The notes under the pieces were generated by a model that saw only the letters and a list, made by a program, of their open reading frames with translations, searched no databases and was not told the DNA's origin. From the NCBI GenBank assembly GCA_963663405.2, contig CAXXSM010000092.1, positions 105,404 to 169,403 on the forward strand: 64,000 nt of DNA, given 5' to 3'. This document shows, piece after piece, positions 51,471 to 62,000 of this stretch (the first letter of the stretch is position 1; each line of letters opens with the position of its first letter). Origin of the DNA: a bacterium. Its GTDB lineage: Bacteria > Hinthialibacterota > Hinthialibacteria > Hinthialibacterales > Hinthialibacteraceae. The position numbers and the translations under genes were made by a program.

Positions 51471-52412
51471 ATGAAACGAATGGGAAAACTCTGGTTTGGA
51501 TTTGTACTCTGCATTCTCATCATCACGGGCTTCCAGGGGTGTTTCATCGCGGAAATCGTCGAAACGGTTGTCGAAGTCCCGATCACCGTGGTCGAAACCG
51601 CCGTCGATATACCCGTTTCCATTGTGGAAGCCGCTGTGGATATCCCGCCCGATTTACGATGCAAACATACCAAGCAACAAGAATGGGTATTGGATAGCGA
51701 AGAGATTACCCAAATCGACGCGGAAACAGTCAATGGCTCGATTGAAGTCATTGGAACGGATTCCAATCAAATCCTCGTTCGATCATGGATTGATATTCAT
51801 GGCCGAAGTGAAGCCGAGGCGGAACGGTTCGCGGACCAAGTCTACATCAATGTAGTCCGGCAGGGAAATACGATGCGGATTTATAAATCCCACCCCAGCC
51901 GCCGCAAGCATATTCATATCTCCGTCCGGTACGTTATCGAAACACCTCACAACATAGACCTGGATCTCAAAACCACAAATGGCCGAATACGCGTCTGCGA
52001 CACGCATGGAAACGTTAATATCAAAACAACAAATGGAAGAATTGATATCGATCGAGTCCAAGGCGCCGTTTACGCCAACACATCCAATGGTCCCATCCAT
52101 CTCGACTCGAACCGACTTGATAGTGGATTCACACTCTCCACAACAAATGGCTCAGTCGATGCGATTGTCCGGGAAGGGATCGCCCCAATTGAAATCACAA
52201 CAACAAACGGCTCCATCAACCTGAGTCTGCCCGATTATTTCAATGGATATTTAAATGCGCGAACCTCAAATGGAAACATCCGTTCTGAAGCGCCGGTTTC
52301 CGTTTATGAGATAAAAAAGAACCGGCTGAACGGTCACATTAACGGCGGGGGAAACACGAATGTCATCTTAAAAAGCACGAACGGTAATATCCGGATCCAT
52401 AAAACGCTGTAA
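51471..52412 (+). CDS. DUF4097 (adhesin-like beta-solenoid) lipoprotein
   Basis: Lipobox FQGC; repeated T-[TS]-N-G-x-I motifs. Confidence 0.85.
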   Translation: MKRMGKLWFGFVLCILIITGFQGCFIAEIVETVVEVPITVVETAVDIPVSIVEAAVDIPPDLRCKHTKQQEWVLDSEEITQIDAETVNGSIEVIGTDSNQILVRSWIDIHGRSEAEAERFADQVYINVVRQGNTMRIYKSHPSRRKHIHISVRYVIETPHNIDLDLKTTNGRIRVCDTHGNVNIKTTNGRIDIDRVQGAVYANTSNGPIHLDSNRLDSGFTLSTTNGSVDAIVREGIAPIEITTTNGSINLSLPDYFNGYLNARTSNGNIRSEAPVSVYEIKKNRLNGHINGGGNTNVILKSTNGNIRIHKTL

Positions 52413-52418
52413 CTATTC

Positions 52419-55400
52419 TCAACGCGGCGTTGTTTGCCACAATCGCAGGTTATCCACCTTAATCGAAGAAAAGATCCCCGGCCCGGCGTTTTGGAAAACA
52501 AGAATTGGATTCATCGCTGGATTGGGGACAAACATCCGGCCACCAAGCCATATCGTTTTCGACGGTGTCTCCTCATTCAGATTGTATCCATCTTCAAACA
52601 CGGCGAGTGTCTCCTGCCCGTTTGTCATCACAAACGCCAAAGTTCCTCCAGCGCCCAACGAACGGCGCGCGCCGATTTCCGCGGTAAAATAGCCTGGCAT
52701 CCATGTATTCGCCGTTTCCGCCCAGACCCCGATATTGGCGGCCAATTGGCTTTCATGAACGGACAACGCCAATTCCCAGTTATTCCTCGATTTCATGAGA
52801 GATCTGCACGCTTCCATCCACAGCATTGATATTCCGCACGAGAGCCGAGAGACTCTCATCAAAAGATCCATCCGGATTTAAAGGCAGTTCTGACTGTTCG
52901 TATTCGAAACATGTATCCTCGATCCGCAGCCGGTCAAGCAGCGCATTTACGGTTTCAGTTGAATAACTGGGATTCGCCACTTGAATCCCCAGCCGGACCG
53001 CCCCACTGGGCGGCTGGTAAAATAATTCCATTTCATGTTCTGTAACCGCTGGCAGACCATCCCGTTCCGCCATGTAATACCCGAACTGACCGTCCATCGG
53101 ATCGTTAAATCCAATCAACGCCACCGAAGCGATATTGGAACTGACAAACACAGAAGTCTTGATCCACGCGGTGTCACAGGTTAGTTCAGTGCTCAACTTT
53201 GAAATCAAAAGAACCGCCTCACCCGGTTCAACCTGGACGAACAGAGCATTCCCCTTGAACAAATCTGATTCCCCCGCGTCCGCCGTCTGGACCAAAGCGT
53301 CCAGAAAACCATTCGGCGTCAAAATGTCAAACTGCTCATTTAAATAATCGAAATCTTCAAACTCGAATCCCAACGGCGTGGGGGTGGGGGTGGGGGTCGG
53401 CGTATTCGTCACAGTCGGCGTTGACGTGATCGTGGGTGTTTCCGTTATCGTCGGCGTCTGAGTAACGGTAGGAGGGCGCGTGCTTGTTGGAATCGGCGTA
53501 GGCGCTGGAGTTACGTACACGGTCGGCGTGGGCGAATGTGAAGGATTGGGCGTGGGCGTAACCGTCGGAAAATCGGATTGTAGAAATCCAATGTAATCGA
53601 TGGAAAAATAATTTAACGGTTCCCCCATATCGATCCGCACACTCTCGGCAATCCCGAAAAAGGGAAACAACGGCTGGAAATTGACATGCAGCGTTTTATA
53701 CTCAAATGGCGTGTCGTAGTCCAATTCAATGGGCCCGACCACTTCCCCACCACTCTTTACAAAAGAAACTGTAAGCGTCGAAGCGTTCGTCATGAAGATA
53801 CGCATTACAAATTCTTGCTGTGTGAAACTATCAATATGTAAATTCGAACGAAAGATGGTCGGTCCACGATCCGCCGTCGCCGCGCTGTAGGTTCCATTCT
53901 CCACCAACACCGCCTGCACTTCCGAATTATTCTGCCAGCCTTCCGCATCCCCATTCGTGTTGAATTCAAATAGCGGAGACAGCGGCGCGGTCACATTAAA
54001 CGTAAATGTTCGATCCACATGGTCTTTACCATCCGAAACAGTAAACTTCACATCATACTGATCCCGGTACTGATCGATTCCAGGCGTAAACACAAACCGT
54101 CCCGTTTCAGGATTAAATTCACTATTCGGAGGCAATGCGTCCACTTCATACGTCAACGTATCGTTATCCAGATCCGAAGCGAACACCAGGAGATAAAACG
54201 TATCCCCCGCCTCCACAGCGCCTCCCATTTCTGGATTGAAGTAAACTTCCGGCAGGCGATTTTGATCGATCACATGGATTTCCCGGTGAGCCGCAACGGT
54301 GTCGTGTCCATCTGAAACGAGAAAATCGATGGGATATTCACCAGATTGGAAATAGTCCGGCGTGAACACAATCTGCCCCGTCTCTGAATCGATGGTCAGA
54401 TTCCGTAATTGGGGCTCCACATCAAACCGCAATATATTATCTGTATCGAAATCGAACGCAGTCACTTGTATCGCAGCGCGGTCGCCTTCCCGCACTTCCA
54501 GCACATCACGGAAACTCACTTGGACGATGGGAAGACGGTTGTTATCCAGCACATCAACTTCCGCCTTGGTTCCGAATTCAAAAAACCCATCACTGGCCGA
54601 AAAGTAAAATGTATACTGACCAGCCTGCAGATTGTCCGGCGTAAAATAGAACAATCCATGATCAGAATCGAATTGCACATTCTCAATGATGGGATAACAG
54701 CTGTATTGATAGGGATACGCACCTGGATTCTCAACTTCTACTTTCAACGTCAACGGCTCATTTTCCAAAATCGAAATGGAATCGTCTGGTAAGACGATCA
54801 AGTGTGTGCTCGTATCTTCACTCACTTCAACCGTCGCGGAATGGACAAATTCCGTTAGACCGTCACTCGCGGAAAAGACAAAGGAATACACTCCCGCCTG
54901 CCGTGAATCAGGAGCGAATTCAAAGATCCCCGTTTCTTCATTCAAGATCGAATTCTTTATAACGGGAGTTACTGAAAAAACCGCAGATGATGTCCCTGGA
55001 TTCTCGATCCGAAGTTCCAGTGTAGTTTGGTCATTTTCTTCTATAGATACAGAATCCGAGGGAAGAATAATCAATCGAGGAAATTCCACTTCCTCGACGA
55101 TGATGGTGGCGGAGCGGACTAATTCCGAAGCCGTCTCCTGCGCCTTAAAATTAATAGTGTATTCACCGGCTTGGGTATAATCCGGGGTGAATTCGAAGAC
55201 ACCGGTTTCCGAGTCTATGGTGGCGTTGCGAATCAAGGGCTCAAACGAAAAAAGATATTCCGTATCGCCGGCATGTTCCACTTCCAATTCAAGCCGAATC
55301 TGTTCCTTGGCGAGAAGCGTTACAGAATCAGATGGATGGATAGTTAGGCTGGCCAACGGCACATCTTCCACAGTGATCGTCGCGGAAGAAACAAGTGACA

Positions 55401-55743
55401 TAGAACCGTCTGTAGCCGAAAAGATTAACGGATAAATCCCGGCCTGATTGAAATCCGGTGTAAACTCAAAGATCCCCGTTTCTTCATCCAAAACTGAATT
55501 CGCAAGAGGGGGAGTGACAGAATATATAAATGTAGCGGCTTCTGGCGGATTCGCCACTTCCAGTTCCAATGTAAGCTGTACATTCTCGCTGACACTGACA
55601 ATCTCCGCTGGATGAATTAATAAACGAGGCGCTTCCGCCGCGACTGAAAGCAATTGGAAATAAGGATCGGGAACCATCCCCCAACTGGAAGAGGCTGCGC
55701 TCCAAATCACTGCGCTGATATACAAAAACCGGATAACTTTCAT
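52419..55743 (-). CDS. Large secreted protein with about six Ig/cadherin-like repeats and a Thr/Pro linker; frameshift near 52787
   Basis: Repeats ETGxFEFTPDxxQAGxY..FSAxDG; PTPTP linker. Removing one G gives SHEIENNWELALSV, joining ORF 52419-52871. Confidence 0.82.
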
Positions 55744-55773
55744 TCGTTTCCGAATTTAAACAATGGACTCACT

Positions 55774-55829
55774 TTTTGTCCCATAGGGACATTAGATTAA
55801 ATACTAGCCAGGATTTCAATCCTGGGCGA
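55774..55829. repeat. REP-like double hairpin (family C), second copy
   Basis: GTCCCATAGGGAC then CCAGGATTTCAATCCTGG; reverse arrangement of 19345-19398. Confidence 0.65.
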
Positions 55830-55901
55830 TTAAGCATTTCATTAGGGTGGCAAGGGCACGTACCTGCGTATGTGTCCAAGCATTATTATTCTGCCTTTGT
55901 A

Positions 55902-58703
55902 TCAATCCACCTGCCACACAAGCCGGAACCCAATCGCCACAAACCGGTTGTTAGGTAATTGAGCCGATCGCTTCGCGGAGCGGCAGAAGACCGCGTCACT
56001 GCTCCAACTGCCTCCCCGGACCACTTTATGCGATCCGGTATCCGATCCCTGTGGATTCTGTTTCTTTTCTGTGGAGTACGTGCCGTACCAATCATTGCAC
56101 CACTCGAAAACATTACCGTGCATATCAAACAGACCGAACGCGTTCGGCTCTTTCAATCCCACTTCTTTTGTGCCGTACTTATACTCTTCGTAATTATTGT
56201 TCCCCAGCCACCACATATGAGTATCGAATTCCTCACAATAATCACTTGAACTGTCACTGCAATCCAACGCGTCTCCAAACGAAAAGCGGGTCTGCGTTTC
56301 CGCACGGCACGCGTACTCCCATTCCGCTTCGGTGGGAAGACGGAATAAGCCTTTCCTGACCTGATTGTTCAATTCCGTAATGAATGCTTGACAATCATTC
56401 CAAGACACTGTCTCGACTGGATTGTTTAAACTGCTCCCAAACCAGGATGGATTGCTGCCCATTACAGCGCGCCACTGTCCTTGCGTGACTTCATAGGTTC
56501 CGATATAAAAATTGCGCGTCATTTCGACGTCTTTGATTAGCGTCTCGTCAAATTCATGCCCTCGTTCCTCTTCCGGGCTTCCCATGTCAAACGTCCCTAA
56601 CTCAATCAACGTCAATTTTAACGGTTTCAAATTCCCCGATACACCTGGCAGCACAACCAATAAGGAATTCCCTCCCGGTCCGGACGGGACTAACGTATAT
56701 GGATTCATCGGAACCGGGGTCGATGTTGGTGTCGCGGATGGAGTGCGCGTGGGAGAAGGCGGCGCTGTCGGGCTGGGCGTGGGAGTAAAATAGCTCACGT
56801 CCTGATAGTAATACAAGACGCCACTCACCAGATAATCATTCTCCCCTTCACGGGGAAGCAGAACAGCCCGGAATTGATACGCTTCATCGTGTTGGGGACC
56901 TGAACGGTATTTTTCCGCGGTATAGAATTCATTTTTCGAAGACCAGAGGAAATAATTCGTTTGATTATCGTTGGTCTGACCGAGATGTTCGAATTTCTCT
57001 TCCCCTTCCCGCCGGACCTGCACGTGATACTCCAAAACAGCGGATGGGTCAACCGCAAAATTCCATGCGATATTGATCGCCGCGCTGGATGGTTTATCCA
57101 TGTCCATTCCGACGCCCCCTGTCGGAGCCAAATCATCTCCCCCCAAGATATCATCATAAATGACGATCTTCCGCCGGTTTAAATTGGGAAACTCGGGATT
57201 GGATAATTTCACCGCGCTGCTCCCCAAAAGATTGAATCCTACGGGATACGTCTGCTCATAAAAATCATCCGAAGTTAGATGATCGTCAATTCGAATCACC
57301 CGAAACATGTACGACGAATTGAAACTCGGTCCGTTTTTAAATTCGGAACTCAAATTCGGTTCACCGGGATACCAATCATACCGGCGGCTCTCGCCATTCC
57401 CCGTTCGGCCTAAATACTTCTTCCCACCAAAGCCCGTTCGGACATAGACGTGCCAATCAGAAGCGGTTTGGGAAGAATCCTCCCATCGAATTGTGAGCTG
57501 CCGGTCCTCAACGGTGTCAAAATCCGTCGATCCTGTCAGATCGACATACGCCGCCTCATCATCCGTCACAATCAATTGTTGAAATTCGATTGCAACCGTT
57601 GGCTCGGATGTAGGCGTAGAACTCGCAGTAGGGCTGGGAGTAAAAGAAGGGACGATCGTCGGTAAAGTGGGATCGCTTACGACTTCAACAGATATTTCCT
57701 GCTGACTGAAATGGCTTCCATCATACGCGTAGACCACGAACGAATAAACGCCCAATTCAGTTGTATCCAATTTAAATTCCGTAAAATTATAATGCGGCAC
57801 ATTTTCAATGGATGTAAACCAGGCGCGGGCGTTTGGAGATAGCCAGACATCAATCGAATCCCCATCATCCTGGTCATACGCGACGACCAGCACGATCACT
57901 TCCTGTCCTTGCAGAATCCGGTATTTCTCTTCGGGGATCACAAGCAGCAATGGAGGATGGTTGCCGGGACGAGGCGTGTTGGTCGGCGTCGGGGTAAACC
58001 GGGGATCAATCGTCGGCGTCGATGTGACAGCGATAGTCGGTTTAATCGAGGGCGTATGGGTAGGTGTCTGTGTCGGACTCGCTCCTTCCGTCGGACTAGG
58101 ACCTTGCGTTGGTGTATATGTTGAAGTAGGTGTGGGCGGCTCACCCGATGTACTGATTGTCAACGTCGAATTGGCAGGAGACATCGGGATTGCGCCATCA
58201 TTTAAACGGGATAGACTGGAATCGAAGGTCAGAGGATAAACTCCATCCGCCGCGTCCCCTTTGATCAGTACTTTAAACGACATCAACACACCCGGTCCAC
58301 TGGAAAGCGCCGGTTCGATCCCGGCGGTCTGCGTAAAGATCACAAAGCCCCGCTGTTCGGTTAAATTATTCTGAACCATCGGGCTCCACAATGCCGTCAA
58401 CGCGTCAACGCTCGATCCACTATCCGTAACAAATGCAAAGGGATCGTCCGGATCCATCTGGACCGCGACTCGAAAGGAACTAACGCCTTCCGCGTTATCA
58501 ATCGAGACCTTAATCGTCACTTCATCACCGGGCCGTCCAACTAGATTCGACGAAAAGGAGATCGTTCTCGATTGCGCAAGGGCGTTGACCTGAAATTGCG
58601 CGGTCACAACGAAGAAAACCACCAAACGAGAGAAATACAGAACAAAGCGTGGCGATGAATTCACGGCAATCCTCTTTCTCCTCTTCCGTTGATCGTTCTC
58701 CAA
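55902..58703 (-). CDS. Secreted protein: cohesin-like domain, Thr/Pro linkers, two unknown repeats, C-terminal FGE-sulfatase (SUMF1) domain
   Basis: GRPGDEVTIKVSIDNAEGVSSF cohesin; FDMGS, YEVTQGQW, RLPTEAEWEYACR, FGLFDMHGNVFEW, RGGSW, IGFRL. Start uncertain. Confidence 0.88.
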   Translation of the reverse strand: MENDQRKRRKRIAVNSSPRFVLYFSRLVVFFVVTAQFQVNALAQSRTISFSSNLVGRPGDEVTIKVSIDNAEGVSSFRVAVQMDPDDPFAFVTDSGSSVDALTALWSPMVQNNLTEQRGFVIFTQTAGIEPALSSGPGVLMSFKVLIKGDAADGVYPLTFDSSLSRLNDGAIPMSPANSTLTISTSGEPPTPTSTYTPTQGPSPTEGASPTQTPTHTPSIKPTIAVTSTPTIDPRFTPTPTNTPRPGNHPPLLLVIPEEKYRILQGQEVIVLVVAYDQDDGDSIDVWLSPNARAWFTSIENVPHYNFTEFKLDTTELGVYSFVVYAYDGSHFSQQEISVEVVSDPTLPTIVPSFTPSPTASSTPTSEPTVAIEFQQLIVTDDEAAYVDLTGSTDFDTVEDRQLTIRWEDSSQTASDWHVYVRTGFGGKKYLGRTGNGESRRYDWYPGEPNLSSEFKNGPSFNSSYMFRVIRIDDHLTSDDFYEQTYPVGFNLLGSSAVKLSNPEFPNLNRRKIVIYDDILGGDDLAPTGGVGMDMDKPSSAAINIAWNFAVDPSAVLEYHVQVRREGEEKFEHLGQTNDNQTNYFLWSSKNEFYTAEKYRSGPQHDEAYQFRAVLLPREGENDYLVSGVLYYYQDVSYFTPTPSPTAPPSPTRTPSATPTSTPVPMNPYTLVPSGPGGNSLLVVLPGVSGNLKPLKLTLIELGTFDMGSPEEERGHEFDETLIKDVEMTRNFYIGTYEVTQGQWRAVMGSNPSWFGSSLNNPVETVSWNDCQAFITELNNQVRKGLFRLPTEAEWEYACRAETQTRFSFGDALDCSDSSSDYCEEFDTHMWWLGNNNYEEYKYGTKEVGLKEPNAFGLFDMHGNVFEWCNDWYGTYSTEKKQNPQGSDTGSHKVVRGGSWSSDAVFCRSAKRSAQLPNNRFVAIGFRLVWQVD

Positions 58704-58970
58704 AACGGTATCAACATTAAATCCGTATGTCTCATCGATTGTTATCCCAATCCAATATAAATATGTCTGAACAATCCTTGTGGCAAGAGATGATTAGATG
58801 GTTTCCTATCGATAAATACACGCTCTCCCTCTTCTGTGGAAGAGTCAAAGAGCGTATCCGGTTTTCTATTCCCTCTGATCCAGGCTGCAACGTTATTTGA
58901 TCCTGCATGCAATCTCTTATAATTATTGTCCGAATCGATCTAAAACTTAAATTTACTGCTCATGAAAATA

Positions 58971-59000
58971 AGAAAGAGGGCGCCGGAACGCCCTCTTTCA
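58971..59000 (-). terminator. Intrinsic terminator
   Basis: GAAAGAGGGCG-loop-CGCCCTCTTTC hairpin about 33 bp after the stop at 59033. Confidence 0.7.
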
Positions 59001-59032
59001 TGAACTGATTCATCGATATCTTTAGGGATACG

Positions 59033-62000
59033 TTAGTAGAGCCCCCACGTATCAACCTCTGTGTTTTCCGCCAAGTCGATCGCCGCGACTTCCTCCGCTG
59101 TCAATTGAATATTGCCGTCATTAATTCTTGTCAACGTTGGATCGACTTCCAGCAGGAGAGCGTCTCCCGATGGATCTTGACCGGGCGCTGATCCCACTTC
59201 CACGGACAGAAGATTATTCGGTCCCGCTGGAAGAGGCTGACTGAGCGCACAGACAACCGCATATTTCCCGGCAGTTAGATTGTTCGTCACCATCCGGCTT
59301 TGTGAATCACCAACGAGAAGTTTACAGGAATCATCGTTCACCACGAGCGATTCACTATCATAATTGAGGATCACTCTCAAACTTTGAATCCCACTCGCAT
59401 CATCCACTCCCAGTTTCACCAGCCAAGCGGTTTGGGAACCTCCCACTGGTTCTACTGAGGCGATCATCTTCACAAGGGGAACCACGCCTGCGCCAGTCCG
59501 GCTCCTGCTCTTCGACGCCTGATCCTCCGGCCCATATCCATCGTGATCGGTATCCGCCGGGAAGTATTCAATGAGGAATGAATCGTATTGTATCAGCAGA
59601 CCGGCGTCGTACGCTCCTGTTACGCCATCCCCACTGACATCCGCCGAAGGCGGCGCGCTCGGAGGCGAAATGCTCCATGGCGCGCCGTTCCACGGAGCGG
59701 GCCAAGCCGTAAGCATGAAGATGTCGTTTTGAAGGATATAGTTCGCATCCAATGTACCGGGAATGGAGTCATCATTCACATCACCCCACATGAACAATCC
59801 ACTGCTGCCCTCATACCCAACCCATGCGATGGGGGAGGGGAGAATCCCCTGGCGGTCGTTATACGCGCCTTCCGGTGTCAGGGACTCGGATGTTTTCACA
59901 TGCGTTAAATCACCTTCCGTGATGTTCGTCGCGATGACCTTATTCTGATCGACAAAAGATTTGATCAACAAATTCGCGTTCGTCTTCGAAAGCGAGTCTG
60001 TGGAGCACTCAATTCGAATCTCCGCAGGCACATCATGTGTCACAACACCTGTAGGGAACGTAGCGGTAAATTGGAACAACGCCCCTTCACCAGAGGACAG
60101 TCGTGGATTCGTTCCCCGCTGACCAGTGACGATTGTCCACGTTTCACCCGTTGGAATTGGATTCGGAACACTATTACCAAATGCGGTTTCATATGAGGCC
60201 TTTGTATACTGTGAGAAGTTCGTCAAAGCCCAATCTATCGTCGCCGTGTTCGTAACCGCCACGGTATTGATCGCGACCCGGTTATCCGTCGCCGCGAGAA
60301 CGATACGGAAGGAGCCGACTCCGCCCAAATCATCCATTCGCACGGTAAATGTTTTATCCGAGCTTGCCACACCTCGATCAATGTAATTACTGAAATCTGG
60401 CACAACGGAAAGTCTAAAATTACCACCACTGGCGACCGGATAAAGACGTCCCGAACCATCCGCGCTGCCCGAAAGCATCGTTTCTCCATTGTTCGAGAAA
60501 GCAACCGAATTCAGCGCCCCGTTGCTCGTGCTGAAGGTCCGGACCAAGGCGCCACTTGTGATATCCCAAATCTTACCCGTGTTATCCTCACTCCCGGAGA
60601 CGATCATTGTTCCATCCGCGGAGACATTCACGGATGTGATCGTCTTCGAATGCGCGCTGATTTGGCGGTTCAATCCACCCGACGCGGGATCCCAAACGAT
60701 CAAGGTTTCATCATCACTGCCAGTAATCACAGTACCGGAATTCGGTGTGAAGACACCTACAGTGACTTCATCAATATGACCCGTCAACGTGGATACCAAA
60801 GCGCCTGTCGAGACATTATAAACATACGCGATGTGCGCATTCGCATCCACACCACCTGTCAGCAAGTAATTCCCGTCGGGTGACAAAGCAAGGAATCGCT
60901 GCATAATAGACGAGCCGATCTGCGTGCCATTGTATTGCCAAAGCCGGACGGTTGTTCCACCAGGACTGGCGGTGATCACGACTGAACGGTCGGCTGTGAA
61001 CGCGACGTTCGTTACATTCCCCGCATGCGCATATTCACGAATGTACGAGCCATCATTCGCATCCCACAACCGGGCTTTGCTGTCTGAGTGACCCGTCAAC
61101 AACCGCTCCCCATCCGCCGAGATCGCCACACTCAATATTTCACCCATCAAACCAGACGGATCTTGATCGATTGTAAAGGCCGCCGCTCCGGTGCTGACCA
61201 CCCACATTTTCGCGATCCCGTTCCCCGATTCATCAGCCCCCCCTGTAAATAGGTAGGTTCCATCGGGGGAGAAGACACCGTCATTGGCTCGTATTGCAGA
61301 GTCTTGCGCGCCAGTGTCAACCGTCCATAATTTCCCTGTGCCATCATCCGTAATTGTCAAGACTTGCGATTCATCCGGAGAATAGATACTCTTAATGATC
61401 GCGCTTGTGTGCCCTTCAATCAAATCACTGATCTCACCCGTGTGCAGGGTCCACAAATTCATCGCTTGACGGTCAACAGTCAGTAATTCCCGGAAGTCCA
61501 GCGATGTATCTAAATAACGTCCTGAAAAAGTATAAAGAATCGCGCCGGTGCTCACATTCCAGGTTTTTGTATCCGTGCTGCTGCTCGTGAGCGCAATATC
61601 CGCTGTGGGTGAAAAGACGACACTATTCACCGCTGAAGTATGCCCATTCGCGCCGGATAGTGTAAAGAGCGCCACACCGCCCGCCGCGTTCCAGATAATC
61701 GCGGAATTGTCATCACTGCCGGTCAACGCCCGGCTGGCGTCGTTTGATAACGAAACGCTGTTGACGTTGTCCGTATGACCGGTCAGTGTCTGCACTGTCC
61801 CCGCGCTGTAATTCCAGAATTTCGCCGTATTATCCTTACTCCCGGTCAAGACCAACGTACTGGCCAGCGTGCCGGTGTTATATAGATCAATGCTTGTGAC
61901 ACCGTCCGTGTGCCCATCCAATCCAGCGAACGTACGAATTACATTTCCTGTCGCGGCGTCCCACAGTTTGGCGGTAGCGTCATCGCTTCCCGTAAGAATC

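Noticed and set aside
55902-56600. FGE-sulfatase (CLec-fold) domain as a diversity-generating retroelement target
   Set aside because: No template repeat or reverse transcriptase in this window; a remote DGR cannot be excluded.
53371-58140. Thr/Pro low-complexity tracts as DNA repeat elements
   Set aside because: They are ordinary coding linkers in secreted proteins with degenerate codons.
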